Assembly: GCF_964213995.1 (NCBI RefSeq)
Contig: NW_027590452.1
Location: 248,001 to 312,000 of the forward strand
Direction: 5' to 3'
DNA length: 64,000 nt
Source: Mustelus asterias
Taxonomy: Eukaryota
Positions 23,460 through 34,571 of the stretch are shown here, piece after piece; the first letter of the stretch is position 1, and the number at the start of each line of letters is the position of its first letter. The position numbers were made by a program, and so were the translations under genes. The notes beneath the pieces were generated by a model. The model did no database searches and was not told where the DNA came from. It was given only the letters and a program-made list of their open reading frames with translations.

Positions 23460-25733
23460 TCCTGCAGCGCAGATGGAGGCCATTTGGCCCATCGAGTCGG
23501 CACCGACAACAAGCCCACAAAGGCCCTACTTCCATCTCCCCACATATTTATCGTGGCGTACAGAAGGCGTACAGAAGGTTCAGAGAGCTAGGAGGTGTTA
23601 AGGATTTAGAGGAGTATACGCGATGTAGGAAGGAGCTTAAGAAGGAAATTAGGAGAGCGAGAAGGGGTCATGAGAAGACCTTGGCGGGTAAGATTAAGGA
23701 GAATCCCAAGGCTTTCTACAAATATGTCAAGAGTAAAAGGATGAGATGTGAAGGCATAGGACCCTTAAAAGGTGAAGGGGGAAAAGTTTGTGCGGAACCG
23801 TTAGAAATGGCGGAGGTGCTTAATGAATACTTTACCTCGGTATTCACGGTGGAAAGGGATCTGGGTGGTTGTACTGCTGGATTGCGGAGGACAGAAAGGA
23901 TCGAGCATGTGGACATAAAGAAAGAGGATGTGTTGGAACTATTGAATGGCATCAAGGTTGGTAAGTCGCCGGGACCGGATGGGATGTACCCCAGGTTACT
24001 GTGGGAGGCGAGGGAGGAGATTGCGGAGCCTTTGGCGATGATCTTTGCATCGTCGATGGAGACGGGAGAGGTTCCGGAGGATTGGAGGATTGCGGATGTG
24101 GTCCCTATATTCAAGAAAGGGAACAGGGACAGCCCGGGAAATTACCGACCGGTGAGTCTAACCTCAGTGGTTGGTAAGTTGATGGAGAGGATCCTGAGAG
24201 ACAGGATTTATGATCATCTAGAGAAGTTTAGTATGATCAAAAGTAGTCAGCACGGCTTTGTCAGGGGCAGGTCGTGCCTTACGAGCCTGGTTGAGTTCTT
24301 TGAAAATGTGACCAAGCACATTGACGAAGGAAGAGCGGTGGATGTGGTCTATATGGACTTCAGCAAAGCGTTCGATAAGGTCCCCCATGCAAGACTTCTT
24401 GAGAAAGTGAGAGGGCATGGGATCCAAGGGGCTGTTGCCTTGTGGATCCAGAACTGGCTTGCCTGCAGAAGGCAGAGAGTGGCTGTGGAGGGGTCTTTCT
24501 CTGCATGGAGGTCAGTGACCAGTGGAGTGCCCCAGGGATCTGTTCTGGGACCCTTGCTGTTTGTCATTTTCATAAATGACCTGGATGAGGAAGTGGAGGG
24601 ATGGGTTGGTAAGTTTGCTGACGACACCAAGGTAGGTGGTGTTGTGGATAGTTTGGAGGGATGTCAGAAGTTGCAGCGAGACATAGATAGAATGCAAGAC
24701 TGGGCGGAGAAGTGGCAGATGGACTTCAACCCGGATAAGTGTGTAGTGATCCATTTTGGCAGATCCAATGGGATGGAGCAGCAGTATAAAATGAAGGGTA
24801 CCATTCTTAGCAGTGTAGAGGATCAGAAGGACCTTGGGGTCCGGGTCCATAGGACTCTTAAATCGGCCTCGCAGGTGGAGGATGCGGTCAAGAAGGCGTA
24901 TGGCGTACTAGCCTTCATTAATCGAGGGATTGAGTTTAGGAGTCGGGAGATAATGCTGCAGCTTTATAGGACCCTGGTTAGACCCCACTTGGAGTACTGC
25001 GCGCAGTTCTGGTCACCTCATTACAGGAAAGATGTTGAAGCCATTGAAAGGGTGCAGAGGAGATTTACAAGGATGTTGCCTGGATTGGGGGGCATGCCTT
25101 ATGAGGATAGGTTGAGGGAGCTTGGTCTCTTCTCCCTGGAGAGACGAAGGATGAGAGGTGACCTGATAGAGGTTTACAAGATGTTGAGGGGTCTGGATAG
25201 GGTGGACTCTCAGAGGCTATTTCCAAGGGCTGAAATGGTTGCTACGAGAGGACACAGGTTTAAGGTGCTGGGGGGTAGGTACAGGGGGGATGTCAGGGGT
25301 AAGTTTTTCACTCAGAGGGTGGTGGGTGAGTGGAATCGGCTGACGTCGGTGGTGGTGGAGGCAAACTCGTTGGGGTCTTTTAAGAGACTTCTGGATGAGT
25401 ACATGGGATTTAATGGGATTGAGGGCTATAGATAGGCCTAGAGGTGGGGATGTGATCGGCGCAACTTATGGGCCGAAGGGCCTGTTTGTGCTGTGACTTT
25501 CTATGTTCTATGTTCTATAAACCGCCTGATACGTACGGGCAATTTAGCACGGCCAATCACCCTAACCCGCACACTTTTATACTATGAGAGGGAACCGGAG
25601 CAGCCAAAGGAAACCCACACAGACAGGGGAGAACGTGCAAACTCCACACAGACTGCGACCCGAGACCGGAATTGAACCCGGGTCCCTGGCGCTGTGAGGC
25701 AGCAGTGCGAACCACTGCGCCACCGTGTCGCCC
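23460..25733 (-). mobile_element. HE1-like SINE split by the CR1 (halves 23460-23552 and 25520-25733)
   Basis: SINE tail lies left of the LINE; core and head lie right of it. Confidence 0.75.
23553..25519 (+). mobile_element. Young CR1 LINE, 5'-truncated, with uninterrupted RT domain; inserted inside a SINE
   Basis: GKSPGPDG, NYRPVSLTS, DFSKAFDKV, GVPQGSVLGP, FADD; stop at 25435; (ttctatg)n tail. Confidence 0.95.
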
Positions 25734-25786
25734 CATGCAGTAACCATCTTCAAATGAGAGGATTTAACCATTGCCCCTTGACATTC

Positions 25787-25860
25787 AATGGCATTACCAA
25801 CACTAACTCCCTCACTATTAACAATGGCATTACCAACACTAACTCCCTCACTATTAACAA
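25787..25860. repeat. 2 x 36-bp tandem duplication within a LINE relic
   Basis: caatggcattaccaacactaactccctcactattaa repeated. Confidence 0.85.
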
Positions 25861-26746
25861 GGACGCAGATTTCAGAACACAAGGGGACATGTGTAAGCCT
25901 TATACACATCATTGTTGAGGACACAGTTCAAACACTTGGATCCGTGTAGCGTTAATCTCAGACACAATGTGTAAGACAGACTGGGAAAGATGAAGTGGGG
26001 ATGAGAGAGAGAGCACAATGCACAGCGGAGACTTGAGCAACTGGGGACATTTTCAATGGAGCTGCAATTCTGTTCAGAAGTGGTTGGCAGACTTGTACCC
26101 AATCAAGACAGGTTGGAAAAGATTGAAAAGGAACAGAGATAACCCGGCTGGCCTCTCAGTGCGTGACTGGAGAGCGGCATTTCGGGTGATCTTTATTAAA
26201 CGGAGAGAGAAGACTTTTGTGTTCTGTGCAGTCGGCTGCTAGGTGGTTCATGCCAAACTGTAATGGGGACAGAATCTATAAGTAATTTGCGGAGACAAGT
26301 GAATAAATATTTGACCAGCAAACGGAAATTTTAAGAATATAAGATACATCGAATGCAAGCTGCTGATAAAGAATAAGTGGGGAACCCATCAACAGAGACA
26401 GTACGTGAGCAATGGGCCGAATGGTCTCTGTTAGTGCTACAACTGTCTACGATTCTAAGATTATGAACGGCTCTTTTCATTTAGAAAGACACCAGAGCAC
26501 CGCAGTTATGAAACAATTTACTCTGTTGTTACACACAGGAAGCAGAGGGGGTCGGAAGCACTGACGGTTCAAGTGGTCTCTGGTTCGAGAAACAGCCAAT
26601 CACTCAGTGGCACCGCAAGTGACGTCAGAGACCGACATCCCATAATAGTGGTGACACGGTGGCTCATCAGAGTGTAAAGCTCCCGCCTCTCCTTCCCCTC
26701 TCCACCACTCAGAGTCTAGGCCTCGGCTGCAAGTCCCAGTCTAGAA

Positions 26747-27210
26747 ATGAGACCCGGACTGATCCTCCTGTGCATCTTCATCAACATGGAGAAGAACACC
26801 CGCAAAAACCGCTTTCCAGTTGGGACTCTGATGCTGTTGATATTGTGTGGGTTTATGTTTCTATTATTCATTATTTCAACACTCTCTTCACATCATGCGG
26901 TTTGTGAGTGATTTTCTTCTGTTCACAGCCGTTCAGTGTGAGTTTCAGAGCTCCCACCCTGAGCAGATGGTGTCTCGGGAAAGGGAACGGTTTGAACTGA
27001 ATTGTCGGCTCTCCGTTGCTACAGACGTTACCGTTCTCTGGTTCAGACAAACACTGACATGGGCTCCGACACTGATCGCCTCCATTTACGATGGAAGTGC
27101 GACCGAAGGACGTTACACACTGTCCTTTGACCGAGTAAAGAATTCAAAAACCATCTGTATTGATGACACCTCGGTCCAGGACTCCGGAATGTATCTGTGC
27201 GTGAAGCAGA
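26747..27210 (+). pseudogene. Divergent V segment; V exon (26929-27210) open, but leader donor defective (ORF/pseudogene)
   Basis: MRPGLILLCIFINM is followed by agaaga rather than gtaaga; LNC, WFRQ, DSGMYLC. RSS cacagtg(27211)-23-acactatcc (weak nonamer); CRE at 26620. Confidence 0.8.
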
Positions 27211-27681
27211 CACAGTGAGACACAGAGCGGATCCGGGTGAACACTATCCTGCTCACTGCCCTGCCTCCGCTGCACGTTTAAATTTACCCAAAACTGGTGC
27301 CTTTAGCAATGCCGCTGATATTAGAAGTATCGATTTTCCATTTTTAACCTTCCATCTGGATAGAGTTGCAATATCCGATAACTGTCAGTACAGATGCAGT
27401 GTGTGGAAACATATTAAGTAAACTCTCTTGTTTCGGTGTTCCACACACACTGAGTAAAGAAACAAACAGGAAAAATAACTGCTTCTCAGACACCTCAGCG
27501 GATAGAAATGCAACAGAAAGATGGCTAAACATGGAAAAAAAGGAAGATAGAAAGATCTATAATAAGTAGATTTGTTCTTTGGATAGATAGACGCATAGAT
27601 TAGTTAATTCCGTCTATGTACGCAAGCACTTTATTTATCCCCGTATGTATCTTCATGTTAATTGTATTCTTATTTTGACAG

Positions 27682-27962
27682 ATGTTCCTTGTCACTCGGA
27701 AACATTTCAGATGTCGGTGAATCGGGTAAAACTGGGACAGACCGTCTCCCTTCACCACAATGTTACTGTCACTGCAAATGACTTTGTGTTCTGGTACCGG
27801 CAATTCACCGATCAACCTCCCGAGTATCTCGTATCCACATTCAGAGATGTAAAAGTTGAGGGAAGGTTTACAGTATCTGTGGACCGTGTGAAAGGCTTCA
27901 CTGCTCTCACAGTTAACAAGGTTGAGTTGTCAGACGCTGCGGTGTATTACAGTGCCGTGAGG
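27682..27962 (+). pseudogene. V exon with open frame, no canonical cysteines and no identifiable leader exon
   Basis: Acceptor ttgacag; SLHHNV (Cys23 absent), WYRQ, AVYYSAVR (Cys104>Ser). RSS cacggtg(27963)-23-acaataact(27993-28001). Confidence 0.8.
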
Positions 27963-28006
27963 CACGGTGAAACAGAGAGATCAGGAGCCTGTACAATAAC
28001 TCACTC

Positions 28007-28263
28007 ATGATGTGGAGATGCCGGCGTTGGACTGGGGTAAACAAAGTAAGAAGTCTTACAACACCAAGTTAAAGTCCAACAGGTTTATTTGGTAGCAAAA
28101 GCCACTGGCTTTCGGAACAGGCTGTTCCTTCGTCAGGTGGGTGGGAGTTCTGATCACAAACAGGGCACAAAGACACAAACTCAATTTACATGAATAATGA
28201 TTGGAATGTGAGTCTTTACAGCTAATCAAGTCTTAAAGGTACAGGCAATATGAGTGGAAGGAG
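28007..28263 (-). mobile_element. Penelope-like terminal repeat insertion with 13-bp flanking duplication
   Basis: caataactcactc at 27994-28006 and 28264-28276; empty site in the paralog at ~31770; hammerhead-like core at 28102-28140. Confidence 0.85.
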
Positions 28264-29554
28264 CAATAACTCACTCGACATGGGGACAGAGGACACAACA
28301 GCACATTGACTTTAGAAATGAGTGTGATGCAAGTAAAATCGACAGAAAATGTTCTTGATCCGAGTAATATGGTGGAATTGAAAATGCATGTTATTATTTC
28401 TAATCATTGAACTTCCAGATTAACACTCAAAAGAAACATGTAAATCATTCTTTGATACATTGGCTGATTGAAATTTGGTTATCACAATTGTTTTATTATG
28501 AGCGAGCTTTCAAAACGTCCGTTCGTTCGAAATGAACGATTCAAACATATCAGTTGTGGATTTATGAGTTTATTAAAGCAAAATTCATCCATCTACACAG
28601 CTGGACAGGCGCTGTGCTAATGGCGCAGGCGCGTCAGAAAACTGAGATAAATGATTTGTATCAACACTAAACAGCAAATGTAGCAAAATCGAAATGATAA
28701 AGGCAGCAGATGTAATAGCAATAACATCAAAGTAATAAAACACATAATAAACTGCAACAATAAAAATCCTGCAATATGATGCAGCAACATAAACACAATT
28801 GAGAATCGCTGTTTCACAGATGACGTCCCAAGACCTCATCTTTCGCTAAAACTTGCAGAACCGTCAGTCCCCCCTGTCACAGGTGACAGCTGGAGTTACA
28901 GGAAACATTTGTGCGTCTTGACACCACCACAAACTGCAGCGCAAGAGCCGATGTGTGAATTACGGAAGTTCTAAACCAGAAACTCTGGGATCTATCCCCA
29001 CTTCAGGGCATTATGGCTACAGACATTATCCGGTCACACAGGTTGATGAACTGCTTGTAAATTCTTCCAATAAGCCGAATGACAAGTGATAAGAACAGGA
29101 GAGTTCCCTGGCCAGCCTTACTGCAGGAGGTGATGGAAACCACTGCAGGACTTTGCCAGGCATATTCATGGAGCAATCAAATGGAAATCTCTGGTCTACC
29201 AGCGCCGCCTCAGGGCATGGTACCTGATACATGGTACCTACAATATTACTGAACGCCATGACATGCTGAGTCAAAATTGTCTGCTGGTGTTTTCTGCACA
29301 GATGGGGAAACAGTTTGGGTCATCAAACTGTACAAATATTCTCATGTTAATTCTGTAAACTGCCCCGTTGCTTTGTTTTGGTAATACATTTTTAATAAGA
29401 AAACATATCTTGGAATTAATAGTTTGAGAAATCACCAGGATTTCAGGTTTCATTTCAGACTCACTCTGATCACAATGTTTGCCTAACGCTCTGTTATGTT
29501 GAGTGGGGCTCTGACAGTTTTTGTACAGGTTCAGCCCAGCTCTGTGTCTCTGTG

Positions 29555-29977
29555 GGTCTCAGAGCGCAGTAATAAACCCCGGAGTCTGCCAGCTCTGTTT
29601 TAGACACTTTCAGCGGGACGGTGCGGGTTGTATCATTGAGTTCCGCTGAAAAACGGTCCCCTGAGGATCCCCCTGTGTTTCCGCCGTATTTGTTTGCCTG
29701 CAGCAGGAACTCCATGGATCCGCTGGGATACTGACGGTACCAGAACAAGTATAGAGTGCTCGCACTTGTAGTTGAATAATTACAGAACAACCTTACATTG
29801 ACTCCTTCAGTAACGGAGACTGCAGGTGTCTGTGAAACAGAATCTCCTCGACAATGCCCTGTAAAAACACAAAGGAATATTAAGTTACACAATGCGCCTG
29901 CACTCTGTTTCCCCCAGGACTTGCTCGTCATCCTGAACATAACCTTAGAGAGAAATCAGACGGCTGAACAGAAGCAT
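29555..29977 (-). pseudogene. TCR alpha/delta V with intact V exon (29858-29555) but an in-frame stop in the leader exon (29977-29944)
   Basis: MLLFSRLISL*; V exon DSVSQTP..LFC..YLFWYRQYP..DSGVYYCALR. RSS cacagag(29554-29548)-23-acaaaaact(29524-29516). Confidence 0.85.
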
Positions 29978-30403
29978 ATTTTTCACAGTTCAGTGGCTGG
30001 AACGGGAAGGTGCTGGCGGTGATGAAATAAAACTTCCAGCATAAACATCCTGTACTTTCTAACGAGATTAGTTCCTCGCCTTCATTCCCTGTGACTGGAA
30101 CGGGAAATTGCTCAGTGTCTGTGTGTTTGAAAGTCTAGTGATTGTCAAATCATTTTTTGTTATCAGAGAAGTTTGAATTTCAGCCTAACTCGTCCTCTCT
30201 CATTCCCTGAGGGGAAATGTGTCGGCTGCCATCAAACAGTGTTCAGTGTTGAAATCAGCGAGATCCGAATGACTATTCGAAGTTGGGATCAAGCCAATCC
30301 TCCTATCACCTCCCCTCACCCCCTTCCACTGAACGAACTGCCCGACAGAATATAGTGTGAGGGAAACATGTGAAACACAGTGTTGAGCAACTTGTGAACT
30401 TAC

Positions 30404-30455
30404 CAGTTAAAAGAGCTGCTGCTGTGAGGAATAAATATAGGGTAACAGGAAACAT
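30404..30455 (-). pseudogene. Orphan leader exon
   Basis: MFPVTLYLFLTAAALLT G|gtaagt, 52 nt, phase 1; no recognisable V downstream. Confidence 0.6.
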
Positions 30456-30649
30456 GTTTGCAGAGAGCTCGCAGTGGATGTGACCAGAAAGGGTTGAAAG
30501 ATGAAATTGTTTTCGTCAAGAGTTGGAAAGAAGTTGAGTCATATCCGGGCCCCTATTGATTGGTTCATTGCTGCCGACCTCATCATATGACATCCAATTG
30601 GCTTCAAATAATAAAATTCAGTCTCACCAATTCCAATTCAGAATTAGAA

Positions 30650-31001
30650 GAAATCATAGAAGAAATCATAGAAACCCTACAGTACAGAAAGAGGCCATTC
30701 AGCCCATCGAGTCTGCACCGACCACAATCCCACCCAGGCCCCACCCCCATATCCCTACACATTTTACCCACTAATCCCTCTAATCTACGCATCCCAGGAC
30801 ACTAAGGGGCAACTTTAGCATGGCCAATCAACCTAACCCGCACATGTTTGGACTGTGGGAGGAAACCGGAGCACCCGGTGGAAACCCACGCAGACACGAG
30901 GAGAATGTGCAAACTCCACACACACAGTGACCCAAGCCGGGAATCGAACCCAGGTCCCTGGAGCTGTGAAGCAGCAGTGCTAACCACTGTGCTACCGTGC
31001 C
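30650..31001 (-). mobile_element. HE1-like SINE, full length
   Basis: Complete head, core and tail. Confidence 0.9.
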
Positions 31002-31087
31002 GGAAGAAGATATTTGGTGAGGTATGTAAATCAACAAGCCCCAAAATGTTCTCAATGACCCCATTCCAAACCTGATTGAACAGAATC

Positions 31088-31491
31088 TGATGTGGAGATG
31101 CCGGTGTTGGACTGGGGTGAACACAGTAAGAAGTCTCACAACACCAGGTTAAAGTCCAACAGGTTTATTTGGTAGCAAACACCATAAGCTTTCGGAGCGC
31201 TGCTCCTTCGTCAGATGGAGTGGAAATGTGCTCTCAGACAGTGCACAGAGACACAAAATCAAGTTACAGAATACTGATTAGAATGCGAATCCCTACAGCC
31301 AGCCAGGTCTTAAAGATGCAGGCAATGCAGATGCAGAAATAGGCAGAGCCCCCAGGATGGGTAATTAGCACTAAAAAGGAAATTAGCAGACAAATCCCTC
31401 CACCCACATTGTCTGCATCTTTAAGACCTGGCTGGCTGTAGGGATTCGCATTCTAATCAGTATTCTGTAACTTGATTCTGTGTCTCTGTAC
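31088..31491 (-). mobile_element. Penelope-like element remnant with internal inverted repeat (~31243-31326 vs ~31408-31491)
   Basis: Same terminus as 28007 and 42896; inverted duplicated segment. Confidence 0.8.
31182..31218 (-). ncRNA. Minimal type I hammerhead ribozyme motif, apparently intact
   Basis: CCAU-CUGACGA-A-GGAGC(AGC)GCUCC-GAAA-GCUU-AUGG: stem I CCAU/AUGG, 5-bp stem II, palindromic AAGCUU. Confidence 0.65.
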
Positions 31492-31564
31492 CAGATTGTG
31501 AGGTCTCTATGCTGTGGCTTGTTCAGCTTGTTTAGTTTAGCTTATGCCTGAATCCGGCACTGCT

Positions 31565-31765
31565 GGCAACCCACCGATCAAGCTCCCGAGTATGTCGTAT
31601 CCACATTCAGAGATGAAACAACTGGGGGAAGGTTTAAAGTATCTGTGGACCGTGAGAAAGGCTCCACTACTCTCACTGTTCACTCGGTTGAGCTGTCAGA
31701 CTCTGCGGTGTATTACAGTGCAATGAGGCACGGTGAATCAGAGATCAGGAGCCTATACAAAAACA
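31565..31765 (+). pseudogene. 3' half of a V (paralog of 27682) with RSS
   Basis: TDQAPEYVVSTFRD..RFKVSVDREKG..DSAVYYSAMR; cacggtg(31729)-21-acaaaaaca. Confidence 0.85.
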
Positions 31766-31810
31766 CACTCGACATGGGGACTGTGGACACAATACCAAAA
31801 TGCTTCAGAT

Positions 31811-33445
31811 AGAACATAGAACATAGAACATAGAAAGCCACAGCACAAACAGGCCCTTCGGCCCACAGGTTGCGCCGATCACATCCCCACCTCTAGGCCT
31901 ATCTATAGCCCTCAATCCCATTAAATCCCATGTACTCATCCAGAAGTCTCTTAAAAGACCCCAACGAGTTTGCCTCCACCACCACCGACGTCAGCCGATT
32001 CCACTCACCCACCACCCTCTGAGTGAAAAACTTACCCCTGACATCTCCTCTGTACCTACCCCCCAGCACCTTAAACCTGTGTCCTCTCGTAGCAACCATT
32101 TCAGCCCTTGGAAATAGCCTCTGAGAGTCTACTCTATCCAGACCTCTCAACATCTTGTAAACCTCTATCAGGTCACCTCTCATCCTTCGTCTCTCCAGGG
32201 AGAAGAGACCAAGCTCCCTCAACCTATCCTCATAAGGCATGCCCCCCAATCCAGGCAACATCCTTGTAAATCTCCTCTGCACCCTTTCAATGGCTTCAAC
32301 ATCTTTCCTGTAATGAGGTGACCAGAACTGCGCGCAGTACTCCAAGTGGGGTCTAACCAGGGTCCTATAAAGCTGCAGCATTATCTCCCGACTCCTAAAC
32401 TCAATCCCTCGATTAATGAAGGCCAGTACGCCGTACGCCTTCTTGACCGCATCCTCCACCTGCGAGGCCGATTTAAGAGTCCTATGGACCCGGACCCCAA
32501 GGTCCTTCTGATCCTCTACACTGCTAAGAATGGTACCCTTCATATTATATTGCTGCTTCATCCCATTGGATCTGCCAAAATGGATCACCACACACTTATC
32601 CGGGTTGAAGTCCATCTGCCACTTCTCCGCCCAGTCTTGCATTCTATCTATGTCTCGCTGCAACTTCTGACATCCCTCCAAACTATCCACAACACCACCT
32701 ACCTTGGTGTCGTCAGCAAACTTACCAACCCATCCCTCCACTTCCTCATCCAGGTCATTTATGAAAATGACAAACAGCAAGGGTCCCAGAACAGATCCCT
32801 GGGGCACTCCACTGGTCACTGACCGCCATGCAGAGAAAGACCCCGCCACAGCCACTCTCTGCCTTCTGCAGGCAAGCCAGTTCTGGATCCACAAGGCAAC
32901 AGCCCCTTGGATCCCATGCCCTCTCACTTTCTCAAGAAGTCTTGCATGGGGGACCTTATCAAACGCCTTGCTGAAGTCCATATAGACCACATCCACCGCT
33001 CTTCCTTCGTCAATGTGTTTGGTCACATTTTCAAAGAACTCAACCAGGCTCGTAAGGCACGACCTGCCCTTGACAAAGCCGTGCTGACTACTTTTGATCA
33101 TACTAAACTTCTCTAGATGATCATAAATCCTGTCTCTCAGGATCCTCTCCATCAACTTACCAACCACTGAGGTTAGACTCACCGGTCGGTAATTTCCCGG
33201 GCTGTCCCTGTTCCCTTTCTTGAATATAGGGACCACATCTGCAATCCTCCAATCCTCCGGAACCTCTCCCGTCTCCATCGACGATGCAAAGATCATCGCC
33301 AAAGGCTCCGCAATCTCCTCCCTCGCCTCCCACAGTAACCTGGGGTACATCCCATCCGGTCCCGGCGACTTACCAACCTTGATGCCATTCAATAGTTCCA
33401 ACACATCCTCTTTCTTTATGTCCACATGCTCGATCCTTTCTGTCC
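31811..33445 (-). mobile_element. Young CR1 LINE, 5'-truncated, near-identical to 23889-25519
   Basis: The RT ORF differs from the 23-kb copy at only a few residues; (ttctatg)n tail; possible cagat target duplication. Confidence 0.95.
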
Positions 33446-34519
33446 ACAGATGTGAGCATGATTCAAGCAATATCGATATAAAACGTTCTGCTTGCGATTA
33501 ACATAATGGAATTAAAACATATTTTATTATTTATCACAATGAAACTTGCAGACTAACCTTCAGTAGAAACATAAAAAACACTCCCTGATACATTGGCTTA
33601 TTTAAATTTCGTTGGTATACGTGTTTGATTCTTAGCGACCGTCCAAGACTTCCGTTCTTTCGAAGTGAACAATCCAGACTGGTCAGTTCTGGATTTATGA
33701 GCTTATTACAGGGAAATTCATCCATCTAATCAACAGAACAGGTCCTGTTCTAATGGCGCAGACGCGTCCGGAAACGGGGACAAATGCACTGATATCAATA
33801 CTAAACGTCAAATGTAACAACATCAAAATAATGACAGAGGCATCAGATGCAGTAGTATCATCAAAGTAATAAAACACACAATAAACTGCTACACAAAAAT
33901 CCTGCAATATCATGCAGCAATGTTAACAACATTGAGAGTCGCTGTTTCACAGACGCCGCACCAAGACCTCATCTTTCGCTAAAACTTGCAGAACCGTGAG
34001 TTCAACTTGTCACAGGTGACAACTGGAGTTATAGGGAATATCTGTGCTCACGAGTTTCACTCTCTACTTAACCGGTGCTGTACCTGCCCTGGAAGTTTTT
34101 AGTGTGACAATGTGGAGGGAGTTTTATATTTTGTCTAATATTTTGTCTACACGTGCTCTGGGTGTTTGAAGGGTTAGTCAGCCCTGTTGCTATATTGTAC
34201 TAGCCTGTGTTTCAGTTTGACCAAAAAAACTGCTCACGGTCTGTCTGTTTGAAGTGTGATGTTTGCCAAAGTGATTCACTGGTATCAGAGGAGCTGGAAT
34301 CTGAGACCAACTCATTCTCTATCAATCCCTGGGCGAAATGTGCCCAATCCCAACAGTGTTCAGTGATGAGACCAGCGAAATCCAGATAACTTTTCGATGT
34401 TGTGATCAATCCGTTCCCTCATCACCGACCCCCTTCCCCTCGCATTGAAGGAACTGCCTGACAGAATATAGTGTGTGGTAATGATGTGTAACACAGACTT
34501 GAGCAACTTGTGAAATTAC

Positions 34520-34571
34520 CGGTTAACAGAGCTGCCGCTGTGAGGAATAAATACCGAGTAACAGGAGACAT
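34520..34571 (-). pseudogene. Orphan leader exon (duplicate of 30404-30455)
   Basis: MSPVTRYLFLTAAALLT G|gtaatt; flanks homologous to 30240-30600. Confidence 0.6.

Noticed and set aside
23342-23552. N-terminal extension of the 697-aa LINE ORF
   Set aside because: Chance in-frame read-through of flank and antisense SINE. The element is 5'-truncated and lacks the endonuclease domain.
27397-27452. D-segment candidate flanked by cagtgtg and cacactg
   Set aside because: No acceptable nonamer at 12 or 23 nt on either side; kept only as a speculative J-like relic.
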